A DNA stretch of 63,944 nucleotides, filler included, from Craspedostauros australis (GCA_030167865.1; 15 parts of 15 records of this genome joined end to end with filler, not necessarily neighbours in it), one strand, 5' to 3'; shown: positions 24,291 to 36,718, numbered from the whole stretch's first letter. Notes: a model not told the origin generated them from the letters alone. A program made the numbers and translations.

Positions 24291-24724
24291 ACCCTTTGCC
24301 TTAGAGTACTCTTGTGTGTGATGTGTACGTATTATATGTAGTACATGATAATAACAACATGATAGTGGATAGTGTTACAATCATGACTCAAACACGAAAT
24401 CGGCATCACTCAGTGATGATCTCGCTGTGCAATTTTGCGATTCGCACATCCTGTGCCACAGCTGAGCTTGCTGCTGCTCAGACTGATGAACTGGGGACTC
24501 TATTGAAGAAGTCTGGAGCCAAGAAGGAGGGTGAGCAGCCAAAGAGGCTGTTCCCATTCCTGTAGACTGATTGAGACTGCATTCGGCACATGGAGCACAC
24601 ACAACACGCCAACCATCTGACGTCTCAACGTCGAGACCGATGATCTTCGATGCTCTACAGAAATCGAGTTTTTGCTATCACACCAGCCTTACTCGTTGGT
24701 TATTGCTGAACCATACATAGCGCC

Positions 24725-26311
24725 CTATGCGGCAACCAACACTTTGCTCTTCTCCTTCATCTTGGGCGATTCTTCGATCTCCGAAATGTACAATACTGGC
24801 GTAGATTGCACGATATCGTCAGCTGCCTTGTCACTTATCGCATCGCTTTCCTTCACGGGATCGTGGAGAGAGAGAGATTCTCCAGCTCTTCCATCAACTC
24901 ATCCTCATCGATGACGTCTGCCGAGTAGGAGGACTGCTGGAAGGTTGCCTGGGCGGCTTCGATCATCTCGATCTCCTCCTTCCAATCCACGCACACGTCG
25001 TCAATCGCGCCCGTCGTCATGCCCTTGTTCTCTCGCAGCTGCTTGAGGGTTTCGGCTGTCCCCTTCAGAGCCGCAGCCGCCGCTCTTGCCGAAATCGCTC
25101 CACGCAGCACGGAAAGCGTGCTGTGCAAGTTCAAGATGGAGGATTCCATCTCATGCACCCGGTTCTGATAGAGGGCCTTGTGCCTGAGCTGGAACAGCGC
25201 CTGCTGCTTCTTGCCTTCTCATTTGCACTGCAGTGCCTTATCATAGCAATCATCTGCAGCTTGATTCCAACGGTCCACCTGCGCTTCAGATGATGCGGCC
25301 GCTCGTTCGAGATCAAACATAGCGACCGCCGCCTCTGATAAAGTGTTGAGCTCATTGCGCTGCTCTTGATCACGATCGTCGTCCCATGGCGCATCCTTGC
25401 GCAGCACGATAAGGTCGTCTTTGCCTGCGTCGCTTCGCGATCTGCAAATGATCTTGGCCATTCCGAGTGCCTCGAACACGCGTAGGAGCAGCTCTAAATC
25501 ACTGCTCTTCAAATGCCGGAGGAGATCCTCCTGTTCATCCTCTTCCTCAGGGCCTGATGGGCTCGAAGGACATTCCGCATTGTGGCGCCACTGCGGCCAG
25601 CACAGCGATGGATCTTTGCGATCTTCGCATGGAAAACGGAGTCTCCAGGTGGCGGGTTGTAGTAGCCGTCATCAGCATGGTCATCATCATTGCCACCATG
25701 ACCTGGACGGGAACGATCTCCGACACTGTTGTATGCCAATGTCACAGGGCTCAACAAAGTGGTGACAACGGAGAACAGACCCGAGGTAAGCGACGAGGAT
25801 GTCGTGGACTTGCTGGAGGGCGGCGGTGTGTTGAGCGATGGCTCGGTCTGCTCTCGCGCTTTCGCTTGGTACTTCTCATCTGCTCCGCAATTGCTTCTGC
25901 GGCTGAGGATAGACGTCGGTCAGCGGCACTCTTTGTACGATCATCGTCGTCGTCATCGCCATCGTCATCGTTATCGTCAGCAACCTTCCCTCCACCTCCT
26001 CATGCATTGACGGCAGGAAGCGTAATCACATCGTCTCGCTGCGGGACAGTCCAAGAGAGCTCCGACCCGTCCGGAAGACTGCCAAGCACATCGCCGGATG
26101 TCACAGTCAAGGACTTGCGTTGCATGCAGCAGGCTGCATGGGCAGCACTCCACGAAGATGGAATCGATGCGCTGCCTCACAGGCTCGTTTCAGTCTCAAC
26201 CATGGTGGCCTTGCAGATGTTGGGCTTGTGCGACGGGATGGCTACGGCTGTTGTGCATGTATTATATGATGCAGCGTCATCGTCATGTGATGGTGTGGAT
26301 CCTCTTGCCAT
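24725..26311 (-). pseudogene. Snf7/ESCRT-III domain gene with long N-terminal extension (CHMP7-like), disrupted
   Basis: DKALQCK*EGKKQQALFQLRHK...DEDELMEELENL is a Snf7 pattern. In-frame TGA at 26177, 26000 and 25219, plus frameshifts including one in a (TC)n run near 24870. Confidence 0.72.
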
Positions 26312-27135
26312 ACGACTACAGAATGCCTTGATGGTGGATGAACGAGATTGGATACTCGCACTCCTACTCGTACTCGTGTAGTATAATCGACCGTACCATT
26401 GTACGTTCGATTGCCCAATCCTTGAAGGAAGCCCAAAACGAGCGTCCCCACCACAACCAACACGCCAACATCAACGCAATTTGAGATCCGAATCTCAGTC
26501 TCAGAAATACTTCAAGTACGAAAAGTCCCAAGAAAGTGACTGAATAGGGGGATATCGCATTTCACATTAGAGAAGTTCTGCATTCCACTCAGAGGCCCCC
26601 AGACGAGGTGTCACATACGACATGGTGCCAACAAGAGTTCTCAAGAATTGCTGGTTCGTGGAAGGACTGAATTTAGTCCATCTAGTCATCTTAGAAATTC
26701 CGCTTTGATTAGGAGCCGCCTTAGTGAGTCGACCTGCACTTTGTTACGGGACTCAAGAACATTTTTTCAGTAGATCCAAACCAAGCATATAATCGTATTC
26801 TCCCACCTCTCCTTATAAATAATTAACCATTACATTTTTGAGATAGATCCTATTTTAAGTTTTATGCATATTCAAAGGTTTTCTGAAGTCGTATGGGTCG
26901 ATCCCCATGAAATTCCTAGTTGTTTCGCAGAAAGTTCGATCATGTTCTCATGCATTTATCGTATGGTATCCAATCATGGAATAGACGCCGGGATTGTCGT
27001 TCGTTTGGTACGCGTTAAATACACGTTAGCATCTGNNNNNNNNNNNNNNNNNNNNNNNNNNNNNNNNNNNNNNNNNNNNTTAATTAATTAANNNNNNNNN
27101 NNNNNNNNNNNNNNNNNNNNNNNNNNNNNNNNNNN

Positions 27136-27504
27136 ATAGTGTTTGAGTCAGTGGTGATTCATGAATGAGTGTGGGAGAAGGAGGGAAAAGAGCGATTGTT
27201 CCGTATTTGTTGGTGGGAGTTTTCGCGCCAAAATTTCGCGCCAAAATAATTTCAAGGTGCGACAAGGAACACACTGAGTGAAAAGTAGTCCGTTCTTTTG
27301 ATGAACTTCAACTGTCCATACAAATTTAACTTCGATATTCAGAATAAGCGATAGCCAAGCGTCCGAATGCACTGTCTAGTTTTAATTTTAAATGGTGCGT
27401 TGTTGAGATATAACATCATAAGCAGTTGTTTGGATGGTTTTGGGTGTGCTCTATTTTAGTCTACTTTATCACGACTCATCACGAGTAAAACTCCACAACT
27501 AGTG
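27136..27504 (+). mobile_element. End of a CACTA-type DNA transposon (end type R), TIR 27487-27504
   Basis: AAAACTCCACAACTAGTG is the reverse complement of CACTAGTTGTGGAGTTTT. The same end and flank occur at 45145-45229. Confidence 0.62.
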
Positions 27505-30500
27505 CTATTGTGACCCATTTTACATTCTCTGCAGGTCGTAAATGGAACAAACAGTGACGTGTGATCAATCATTCCGTCACCCTGAATGAGTCTTGGAGGT
27601 TGCCGTATAGTTGGAAATCACACCGAAAACTTCGGTATGCTCAAGAACCTGACGTATGCACGACAGACGACCAATGTCGACCTGAAGTCTACCCAAAGTT
27701 AGACTTCTGAAAACGCAGTCCCGAATTCGATTAGCACGAAGGTGTACATCATACTTAGGCACGCACTTGACTGCACTGTTCCACGTTAAAAGCATACTTC
27801 AATCGCATATTCCTCCACTGTAAAATCACCTGAACTTCGTATCGCAGAGTATACTGGATGGCAAAGAGCATCAATGGCCTCCTTCTCATTGCTACATTCA
27901 CACTTCTTCCAACAATTGACATCGTTGAGTGGAATAACAAATACGCCAATGATTGTGAGATGCCTGCTTCAAGGTTGATTATTCGTTGGAAACAAGAAAT
28001 CGAGACATCTATGCGATTCATGATATCGATAGCATTGAAGATGTTTGCAATCAGAGTTCTATCTTCGAATACTGGACATGTAAGGCACCACCCGGATCGG
28101 TCAGCATTGATCATGGTATTGAATCTACTATAAATATGGAACAACGTGTGCTGCATTCGCTCTCTGACATTTGACAAGTGAGCCATTTCGGATGTTTGTC
28201 ACGGATATTCTCTGCACGTTTTCTCTTTGTTGCCACGCGGACAAGAGACCAGACTCTCCATACTACATACAATGGAGAAGGGGTGTTGTGACAGACATGC
28301 AATACCCTTGCTGCCTGCGATCGCCCGGTGATGAATTGTATTCCAAATCACAAGATACACGAAGCACAGCGGGTTCCACTCTATCCCGATACCCCTTTTG
28401 TCTGGCGTAATCGTTGGCTGTGGTCGCAACAGTTCGCGGCAGTCACCGATTCACAGGCACACTACATGTTCGTAGATTCCATGTAGCTTCGACATTGCCG
28501 ATGTGAGATTGCATGATTGTACGACCACATGAGAAAGTGCGTCGGAACAGGTCTTGTTGCTAACACACACCACATCACACGTAACACACAACGCAAGCGC
28601 ATCACGTTGTAGTGCCGAACAAACATGTCCGTCACATAATTTGTTCCTTGCTGATGGTCATTATGTGTGGGCATTGATGGTAGTGGAGATACACGCAATG
28701 GAAGTAAGTGTTGTCACAAGCACCTGTTGTGACCATGACAAATGTCTCGTAGTCGTACATCTGCGAACAAAATTCCAACTTAGTACGTCAATGTACAGAA
28801 AGACGGTCATTCTTCGCCGACACCAGTTCGCACAGCGACCCCCACTTCTGTCCGTTACCATCGAGCCAGTGTCAAGTTCATGCACGCGTTGTTGGAGAAT
28901 GGCTGTCTGCTACTTCGTGTTTCTTGGANGCGTGGAATGTCAGTGTGCCGCGCCTTTCCAACACNCTGCGTGNGGAAGACGATGTCGTTGCAACATCCGA
29001 CCAAAGTCGTACCTCCGTCGGATCATGTCATCTCAACAACCAACCTACGTCATCTGATGTCCGATCAATGTTTGACCAATGTTTGACTGAAGTGAAGGTG
29101 AAGTATGACATTGCGGTGGCAGTTTTTTCCACGTTTCGAAGGCGCAACTTGCCACCCCCCTCTGCAGTCACTGAGCATGATTAGTTTGCAACTAGACACA
29201 TAGAATGACCAAAGGAGGCCTCCCCTATCACGTAATGGCGCTTTTGTTGCCATTAATATTATAATAATCTCTACAGAGGGTGTCTAAATTTGCGTGATTA
29301 GCCTTACTTCTAGCAAAATTGTCAATAACGGTTGTAACATGTCAGACATACATCATACTGATGTATGATGTTTGTCAGCTGATTGCATACTGACGTTGGA
29401 TGTATGTTGGCTTGCTGTGCATGCTGGTCCGACCAACGTCGTACGACGTTGACTGGACCTCATAACGACATGACTGTTTGCCACAACAACGCACATGTGT
29501 CTGTCTTGTGCGGAAACATGCACGCATACACAACATCAACGAAGCAACGACGTCCATCATCCTCGTGCCAACAAACGAGTTGTCCTTGCGTGAGACATGT
29601 CCGTTCTGTTCCACACCAAAGAAGCACAACAATTAACCATTCACATCTCGCCATCACCACAGCGAAGAATTCGCCACACACAAACTTGAGCAGAAACTGG
29701 CATTCTCTTGCGGTTTGACATTCGACGGCAGTCACGGCAAACCAACAGAAGTAAAAGTGCTTTATCTTTACGACCAGGTAGTTTGCACTGTTTTCTATCA
29801 ATAGTCATAGGTCAGCAGTGGTGGGCAATCGCTGTTTTGTGCATGTCATTTCGGTGCAGAACGAGGGCAGCCCAACAAGAGCGGAACTGCGCACGTGTCT
29901 GTGTACTGGGCGCTATCAAACCAACACCAGAAATGGGATTCGTGCAACATCTATCATCCACGACATCACAAGCAACATCGATTACCAGACAGGTGTATCA
30001 CCAGGCAACTACATTTGCGGTACGACTGCGAACAACCACGACCAACAATCCTCTCTCCAACAATGCTGTACTCTAGACACGAGTAATAGTATTCTGGTGA
30101 AATGATAGTATCGGATGACACTCATGCGACGAGACACCGCGATGAACACGACAGCAGGCTGGTTCCTTCGCAACCACTTTTGTGTGCTTTGCAGTTCTCA
30201 GTTGCACAAGATGTTCCACCCGCAGGTGTCGTTGTTGCCTGTTTACGCAGACAACTCCGCTTCCGCAGGTGATGGCGCCGTGGCGGTCACAGTGACATTC
30301 CCCCTACCGCTGTTGCAATGGCTGCTGCGTGGTTCACTCAAACATGATACAAGCATCGTTCGGGTACGGTATGACGTGACATTTCCTTTGTGTTGTGTCA
30401 AGACATTTTTGGTCCGGCAAAACCACTGTCCGATTGTAGGACGTTTTGTGTTTCACTTGATTTGCTTGTGCTCTATCAGCACAAAATCGAATAGTGCTAA

Positions 30501-30563
30501 GTACGTTACTCCCGTAGCCCCCACTATCTATAAATTTCACTTGTGTTCGGATCAGCAATCGCA

Positions 30564-30634
30564 TCGCCTGTAGCTCAACNGTAGAGCACCAGTAATTCTA
30601 ACTGAGGTTCCGGGTTCGAATCCCGGCATGGTAC
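30564..30634 (+). ncRNA. tRNA-like Pol III unit (tRNA pseudogene or SINE head)
   Basis: A box TAGCTCAACnG, D stem GCTC/GAGC, perfect T arm CCGGG-TTCGAAT-CCCGG. Acceptor stem does not pair and the anticodon loop AATTCTA is non-canonical. Confidence 0.7.
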
Positions 30635-30705
30635 TTTGCTTTTGCTCTCCCCTCGTGATTTTTCGATAGTGCTCTAATATGCTCGATGGATTCTAGCACA
30701 GCATC

Positions 30706-31072
30706 ATTCTGCACAGCCATTGGCGTGGCGGTGATGTGCGTTCCCTCAAACATGGTGTGGTTGGCCACACAGAGAACTCCTATCAATCGACACATCAGAT
30801 GATGATGGTGCTGTTGATGTTGTGGTGGAAATCATGAAACACATCCTACTTCGGTCAGCAGTTCGAAACCAGGAATCCGGGCTAAAACAGGTATTCAATT
30901 AACGAACAAACGAACATGATGTAGGACCAACATTGGATGACTGCGAAACACACGATGTCCGATATGTGCACTACTGCTAACTGAAGTACGATCATGTGAA
31001 TCCGAAATCGAACAATACCGCATAATGTCCGCTATTCTGTGTAATATCGCAACTGTACGGCAACCTCCTTGG
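30706..31072 (+). repeat. Dispersed repeat, copy 2
   Basis: Aligns with 6175-6542. Confidence 0.88.
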
Positions 31073-32049
31073 GCGAAGGGATGCCACATCATGAATCTTT
31101 TGCAAATGAGTGAAGATTCATTCCACGACTGTCGTCTAATACACTATGACCCCATTCAGGATACGATAGTACGTTCGTGCCGATTTTTAATTTGAGGACT
31201 AAAATCATCCTATTATGTTGTGGAGGGTATATGCATGGATTAATAGAATCCTGGTCCTTATATTTAAACAGTTTATATTTTTCGCATTAGTCTATGACTA
31301 AACACGTTGAGCATGCGGACGTAGAGGGGCAACTTGGATTCGCAATCACCAGTCGTGCTTCAGGTTGATTTCCAGTCGTGCCCATCATTGACACACTCAC
31401 ATTTCGCGTGGGCGAGGCAGTTGGTTGCGAACAAATGTTGAGGATTGTGCAGTGGTAGCAGACATGATGAGGCTGTTGATTCGTCTGGGTTGTGGATCAG
31501 GCATCACAATCCAGAGTTGTGGGTTGGTGGGTAATCCATATCTTGATGCCCAGCTTGACTTTCACAATGCTTTGTTCTCTGTTCTGCTGCTGTTCATGGC
31601 CATCGTTGGCTTCTGGCCGTTGTTCATCTGCTTTGCGCTTGGCTTCGAGTTTCGGTGTCAATCACATGATTCTTCCGAATCGAACGCAGTTTCGTGTGCT
31701 TTCCTGTTTCCAAACAAGTGTGATTTTCTTGTTCTCAACGTATTTCACGCTTTGGACGAGAGCAAAGGCCTGACGTCATCAAATATTGATTCCAAATTTC
31801 TGATTTCAGATCATGTGTTGGCGAGAGGTGTTCTCCACCAACCTGTTTGAATTTTCAGCGACCAATCATTTCTTCTCGATGACGCACAACATCAGCACGA
31901 AAGAGGGACAGACCTTGTATTTGGCAGCGAATACCTGCGGCGGTTGGGATCTTGGTGGGAGAGAGCCCAGCTCGTCGTCCTGTTGTGTCGGGTGCAATCT
32001 CCTCAAGTGAGCCAACCTCTATCACACCAACACACGACGCGCTACGATG

Positions 32050-32128
32050 CCAACAACAACAACAACAATGACAACAACAACAACAGCAATGACAACAATG
32101 ACAACAACGACAATAACGACAACAACAA
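32050..32128 (+). repeat. (CAA/GAC)n trinucleotide microsatellite
   Basis: caacaacaac...gacaacaat run. Confidence 0.9.
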
Positions 32129-32769
32129 TCTAACCACAAAGCAGCTCCAGAAGAATCTGTGTTGCAACTGCCAATTGTCATGATCGGAGATCGTTCCATG
32201 GAAGTGATCGAAAGCACAACCGGCATCCACTACTGAATTCATCGTTGGGGGCAACACGCATCTCGCACACTCAAATTTGTCACTCTGCCTGGGCAACGTT
32301 TGATTGCACAAGAATTTTTGTGCTCCGCGCATGCGCGCGACACTTGTGATGTTGACATCTGTCGAAGCCCGCTTTCGATTCGCATTGTCCACGTCGCGCG
32401 CTATGATTGGTTAAAAACGAGTCCATCCAGTCGATGATCGTGACATGTTGGTGATTCCTTGTTCTTCGTCGGAAGTAGGAATTGAGAGTTCTCACAGGAC
32501 GATTCCGAAATCTGGCGGAGGAATCATCACCACAGGAATTCACGATGAGAAACGTACCGTGCAACTCTGCATGAATTGCTTGTCCAACGCAAAAACTGGG
32601 AGCTATGGCAATATATACTTTCCCTTTGGTCTAAGAACGAAGACCCAATGGGATTCATTCGAATTGACAACTGTGCGAACCCAAAATCGTTCCAATGACA
32701 AGCAACACGGGCCTTCTGCACAACACATTGTTCACATGCATACAACCAATTTCTCTGCTCTGCTCTACT

Positions 32770-33760
32770 TGCCTAGTCTGTCTCTATAGTAAATGATTTG
32801 GAAAGGCTGGAAGAAACCCTCATCAATAGACAGCTGTGTGATCATGGCAACTGCCTTAATTACTGTCTTGTGCAGCTGCATATTTCGTCGAAATGATTCA
32901 TAGAAGATCTTCCATTTCTTGAAGAGACGATTGATGGTTTTGTGTCTTGCTCTTTCATGTGTCTTGCTCTTTCATGTGTCTTGCCATCCCTGTCTGCGTT
33001 GGTATTGTAGTTCTTTGGCTTTCGTACCCAGGGACTGCTGTACCCTCCATCTGCTTCCACCATTTCACGAGCAAGTTTCCCCGCCAGCGAGCAGCTGAAG
33101 ATCTTTGGGTCAGGCCATCAACCACAAGAGAACAGACCATAGCACCAAACGATGTCACCAGTTTGGATGCAAATCTCCATCTTCTACTGCAGACTAGCTC
33201 CCTTGTATATGTGGCTGTACCATTTCTTTGAAAAAGGATGAGGTTCCAGAACACGAAAGTAAGTCATGTCCACTGTGACTTTGCACCTTTGATGTTTGTC
33301 ATTCTTAACACGATTCCTCCACCAAATCTGTGTTATGGGTTGCCAACAGCATAAGCATTCAAAAAGACGATGTGAGTTGACATTGTGAAAGTGAGAATAG
33401 GAGATGTATCAATCTGCTATTGTGTTCCGCTTCCTACACCTTTGTATCCCTTCTGAATTTCATCCATATGAAGTCAAATCCACTTCATTAGAGGTTTGGG
33501 ATCTGCAGACAAGTTTTCCACTGTGCAAGAACACAATCATAGTGCCGCAAGAAGTACAAGGTCCAAATCAAGTGCTTGGGATGGCATTTTGGACCACCAC
33601 AAGCATGGTTCCACATAACAAGGCACATGCATGGAGAAATCCCATACAGAGAGATAAGCTTTGTTTGCGTTGCTTGTTTTGCTAGGTCATCCAATGCACT
33701 ATGCCCCACAATGTCCAATTTGATTCTGGTTCTGTTGTTCCAGTCATAGCGTCTTGCTTG
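32770..33760 (-). pseudogene. PIF/Harbinger-type DDE_Tnp_4 (HARBI1-like) transposase remnant with an intron
   Basis: Manual translation: HPKHLIWTLYFLR, VTVDMTYFRVLEPHPFSKKWYSH, ICIQTGDIVW...WPD, VEADGGY, RARH.TINRLFK, AVAMITQL. Stops, a 17-bp tandem duplication at 32941-32984, and a GT-AG intron 33328-33437. Confidence 0.82.
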
Positions 33761-33779
33761 AATGTTCTGTAAGCATGCC

Positions 33780-33878
33780 TGTTGGCAAGTTCCGCTTATG
33801 GATACTCTTGCGATTGCGTTTGACGGTGTTGGTAGTGGTGGTGGTTTTGATTCTGTTTTGGAGTCTCCCAATGCTCTC
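33780..33878 (-). repeat. 3' terminal 99 bp of a family B LTR in reverse orientation, interrupted by the next element
   Basis: TGTTGGCAAGTTCCGCT is the reverse complement of the LTR end at 34649-34665 and matches 56745 onward. Confidence 0.85.
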
Positions 33879-34665
33879 TGTCGAGATGTACATACATGTA
33901 TGTGTCAAGATGTACGTGTAAATGTGCATCGTTCACCTGCTATTCTCTTATACTCGTGTACAAATGGTACAACTACATTTGTGTCGATAGTGAACTGTAT
34001 TTTGCCAAAATCACATCACGAAATCGAACACAGAAATATGAGGAGAATTTCTGGAGGAAATTTGCCATCAACGATTTCTGAGAGTATCAAGAACATCGTC
34101 CGTCCATCCATCAATGGAGACGTATGGTATCGAGCGAGCCTCGATGTACTTCCCAACAAAACCTCAAATGACAACATCCTCATCAAGCCATCAACATCAT
34201 CGATGGAACGTGACATCTGGAGGAACAGGAAGACGACAGCAGATGTCAACATCTGTCTCCATGTCAGAAGCAGAAGGTGAAGATTCGATGACCAAAGGGC
34301 ATCAAGATTGTGGATACACGAGGAGGAGTTCAAGTGGCAAGCACTCATGGAGTGGCAAGCCAGTAGTGAATGAACAAAGTGTTGAATGCGGAGTACGCAT
34401 CAAACGCGAAGTATCGTGTAGCACGAGCACACGATATTAAGAGAGAGAGAGAAAATACGAAGAGTAGCAAGAGAGCATCTCGCACACCAACTCATAGTCG
34501 GAGACCCAATCTATGAAACAGATTGAAGCGCCGAGAGCATCAGGCAAGAGAACGGGCGTACACTGAGAGGATTGGAGTCTCAACGTAATGAAATAGCAAA
34601 CAGAATGACTATCAACAACACCATCTTCTACGATCATAGGTTTCCGTGAGCGGAACTTGCCAACA
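33879..34665 (+). repeat. Copia family B 5' LTR (787 bp)
   Basis: TGTCGAGATG...CTTGCCAACA termini. Homologous over its length to the reverse of 56745-57537. Followed by gag. Confidence 0.88.
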
Positions 34666-34747
34666 CGTTTATAAACAATAGATCAGGGCGAGCCCGTGAA
34701 TCGGATCGTGCGAGGAAGACGAACATCATTCAAGAGCAGCAGGCTGA

Positions 34748-36718
34748 ATGAGCGAGGAAGAGGAATTGAGAGACATCCCTCTGTCCAACCTGACTATCAA
34801 GAGACAAGAAGGTGCGAGTGAGACTCGACTTCAACAGCAGAAGGAAGCAGCTGCGGCTACTGTCCTATCAAGCGCAGAGGCAAGCGTGATTGATGAGGCC
34901 GAAGAGGAACGGTCTGCAAGACTACATTGCGAGGAGAAGAGGATTCTCAAGGCGGTCAAACAAGAGGAGACTGGTGTGACGGAGAGCATTCGCACAGCCA
35001 AACAGGGTGTGAAAAGTGAGACACCATCAGGAGGAGAATTTGCGACGAAAACAATCTCCGCGCAAACACGAGCGGAAATCGAAAAAGTGACCACACAGAA
35101 ACAAACGGAAACCAGGAGCGTGCGCGCATCATCAACGAAACAACAAGACAAGATGGCGACATCAGCCAACAGGAACAAGCCACGCATCAAGTCGCCAGTG
35201 TTCAGTGGTGACCAAGAAGACTACAATGCATGGGAATCCCAGGCAAAGGCATACGCGCGTACGCAGAAGACAAGAGACGTGATGTTGGGCAAGACGAAGA
35301 TCCCAACGATGAGCAAGATCGCAGCAGCCACTGAAGATGCCAAGGAAGTGATGGAGGAAACCTACAAGCTGGCATGCGACTGCTGCAGCGATCTGATCCT
35401 AATGATGGATGCAGAGAAAGGGAAAGGCAAACAGGCCATCCAATACATCAACCAATGCGTCTCCGACGACTATCCCGAAGGAGATCCACACGCAGCGTGG
35501 AACGTTCTCGCAAAGAAGTTTCGTCCATCCGATGCGGCGACGAAGATCAAACTCAAGCGCCAATTCAACAACGAAAAGATGAAGAGAGACACGGACCCCG
35601 ATGTCTACATCACGCGACTCGAGCTCCTACGCTCGCGTCTCCACGATGTCAAGTACACGATCACAGACGAGGAGATGATCATGCAGATCCTCAGCATGGT
35701 GAGCAGCGAATACAAAACTCACATCATGAACTTCCATCACCAACTCACGTTTAATCCGGAAGTGGTCACCATCAACGCGATCAGAGGAGTACTCTGCACA
35801 GCACACGCTACTCATCAAGGAAGCAAGGTGTACATCGACAATTTCCAAGACAGCAACACGAAGAGCAATGACACCAGCTTCACAAGCACCGGTAACTTCA
35901 AGGGGACCTGCCACAATTGTGGTGTGTATGGTCATAGATCTGCGGATTGCCCCGAGCGTAAGAAATCGAACAACAAGAAAAACAACAACAACAACAACAA
36001 CAAAATGAACGGAAAGCGTAACAAGGGAAGCGGCTTCAAGGGCAAGTGCAACTACTGCGGCATCTTCGGACATCGCGAGGCAGAGTGCCGAAACAAGAAG
36101 TTCAACGAGAAGAAGAAGGCCGACGAACAGGCCAACACAGCAAACCAAGGACACGGCAAGAGTGGGCACGAGATGGTACTCTCAGCAAAGGACATGCCGC
36201 TCTGCATGGAGGTATCTGGAAACTACATCGAAGACTCCTTCTTCGATAACTTCGAGTGCGTCGGGAGTGACAACGAAGTGCAGGACGATGAGATTGTCCC
36301 AGAGTGGCTCAGCGAGGAGCCCATCATCCACGAGGTGGACCCGCGTCGCGAAGCCAGCGACGAATACTGCTTCAACGCAAACAACCTGATCGGTCCATAC
36401 GGCGACGGAGCTGAGATGGGAACGGAGGACATCGATATCGAGATCGAAGCGGCCATGAATGCAGATGATGCCGAGGCCAACGAGAACGGCGTGGATCAAG
36501 GCAACAGCGACGTCTCCGGAGACGATACAAATGGCGGCGAGGCGCCGCCTCCTCCAGCAGCGGGGAACAACAGAATGGGCATCTTCGACGAAGATAGCGA
36601 CGACGAGCCAGAAGATCATCCAGATGACAGCTTCAATCCAAATGAACGAGTCATCTACCCAATCAGAATCCAATTCCCACCAGAGCCGAATCCCAGAAGA
36701 GTCGACGACATCTACTGA
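34748..36718 (+). CDS. Copia family B gag (capsid-like domain, two CCHC zinc knuckles, acidic tail)
   Basis: PVFSG...W...AW..L..KF gag pattern, CHNCGVYGHRSADC and CNYCGIFGHREAEC. The frame stays open after the TGA up to the gap at 36911. Confidence 0.9.
   Translation: MSEEEELRDIPLSNLTIKRQEGASETRLQQQKEAAAATVLSSAEASVIDEAEEERSARLHCEEKRILKAVKQEETGVTESIRTAKQGVKSETPSGGEFATKTISAQTRAEIEKVTTQKQTETRSVRASSTKQQDKMATSANRNKPRIKSPVFSGDQEDYNAWESQAKAYARTQKTRDVMLGKTKIPTMSKIAAATEDAKEVMEETYKLACDCCSDLILMMDAEKGKGKQAIQYINQCVSDDYPEGDPHAAWNVLAKKFRPSDAATKIKLKRQFNNEKMKRDTDPDVYITRLELLRSRLHDVKYTITDEEMIMQILSMVSSEYKTHIMNFHHQLTFNPEVVTINAIRGVLCTAHATHQGSKVYIDNFQDSNTKSNDTSFTSTGNFKGTCHNCGVYGHRSADCPERKKSNNKKNNNNNNNKMNGKRNKGSGFKGKCNYCGIFGHREAECRNKKFNEKKKADEQANTANQGHGKSGHEMVLSAKDMPLCMEVSGNYIEDSFFDNFECVGSDNEVQDDEIVPEWLSEEPIIHEVDPRREASDEYCFNANNLIGPYGDGAEMGTEDIDIEIEAAMNADDAEANENGVDQGNSDVSGDDTNGGEAPPPPAAGNNRMGIFDEDSDDEPEDHPDDSFNPNERVIYPIRIQFPPEPNPRRVDDIY

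Noticed and set aside
24725..26311. In-frame TGA as selenocysteine or a variant genetic code
   Set aside because: Frameshifts co-occur, the positions are not Cys-like, and intact genes here use TGA as a normal stop.
25467..26381. 304-aa plus-strand ORF
   Set aside because: Antisense shadow of the Snf7-like pseudogene.
29273..29290. TA-CAGAGGGTGTC as a Tc1/mariner end
   Set aside because: No inverted partner found in the window.
30589..30605. Amber suppressor (CTA) or Arg (TCT) anticodon in the tRNA-like unit
   Set aside because: Neither register gives a paired anticodon stem, and the acceptor stem is also broken.
33780..34665. 17-bp terminal inverted repeats suggesting an 886-bp MITE
   Set aside because: Explained by one family B LTR nested in reverse in another.
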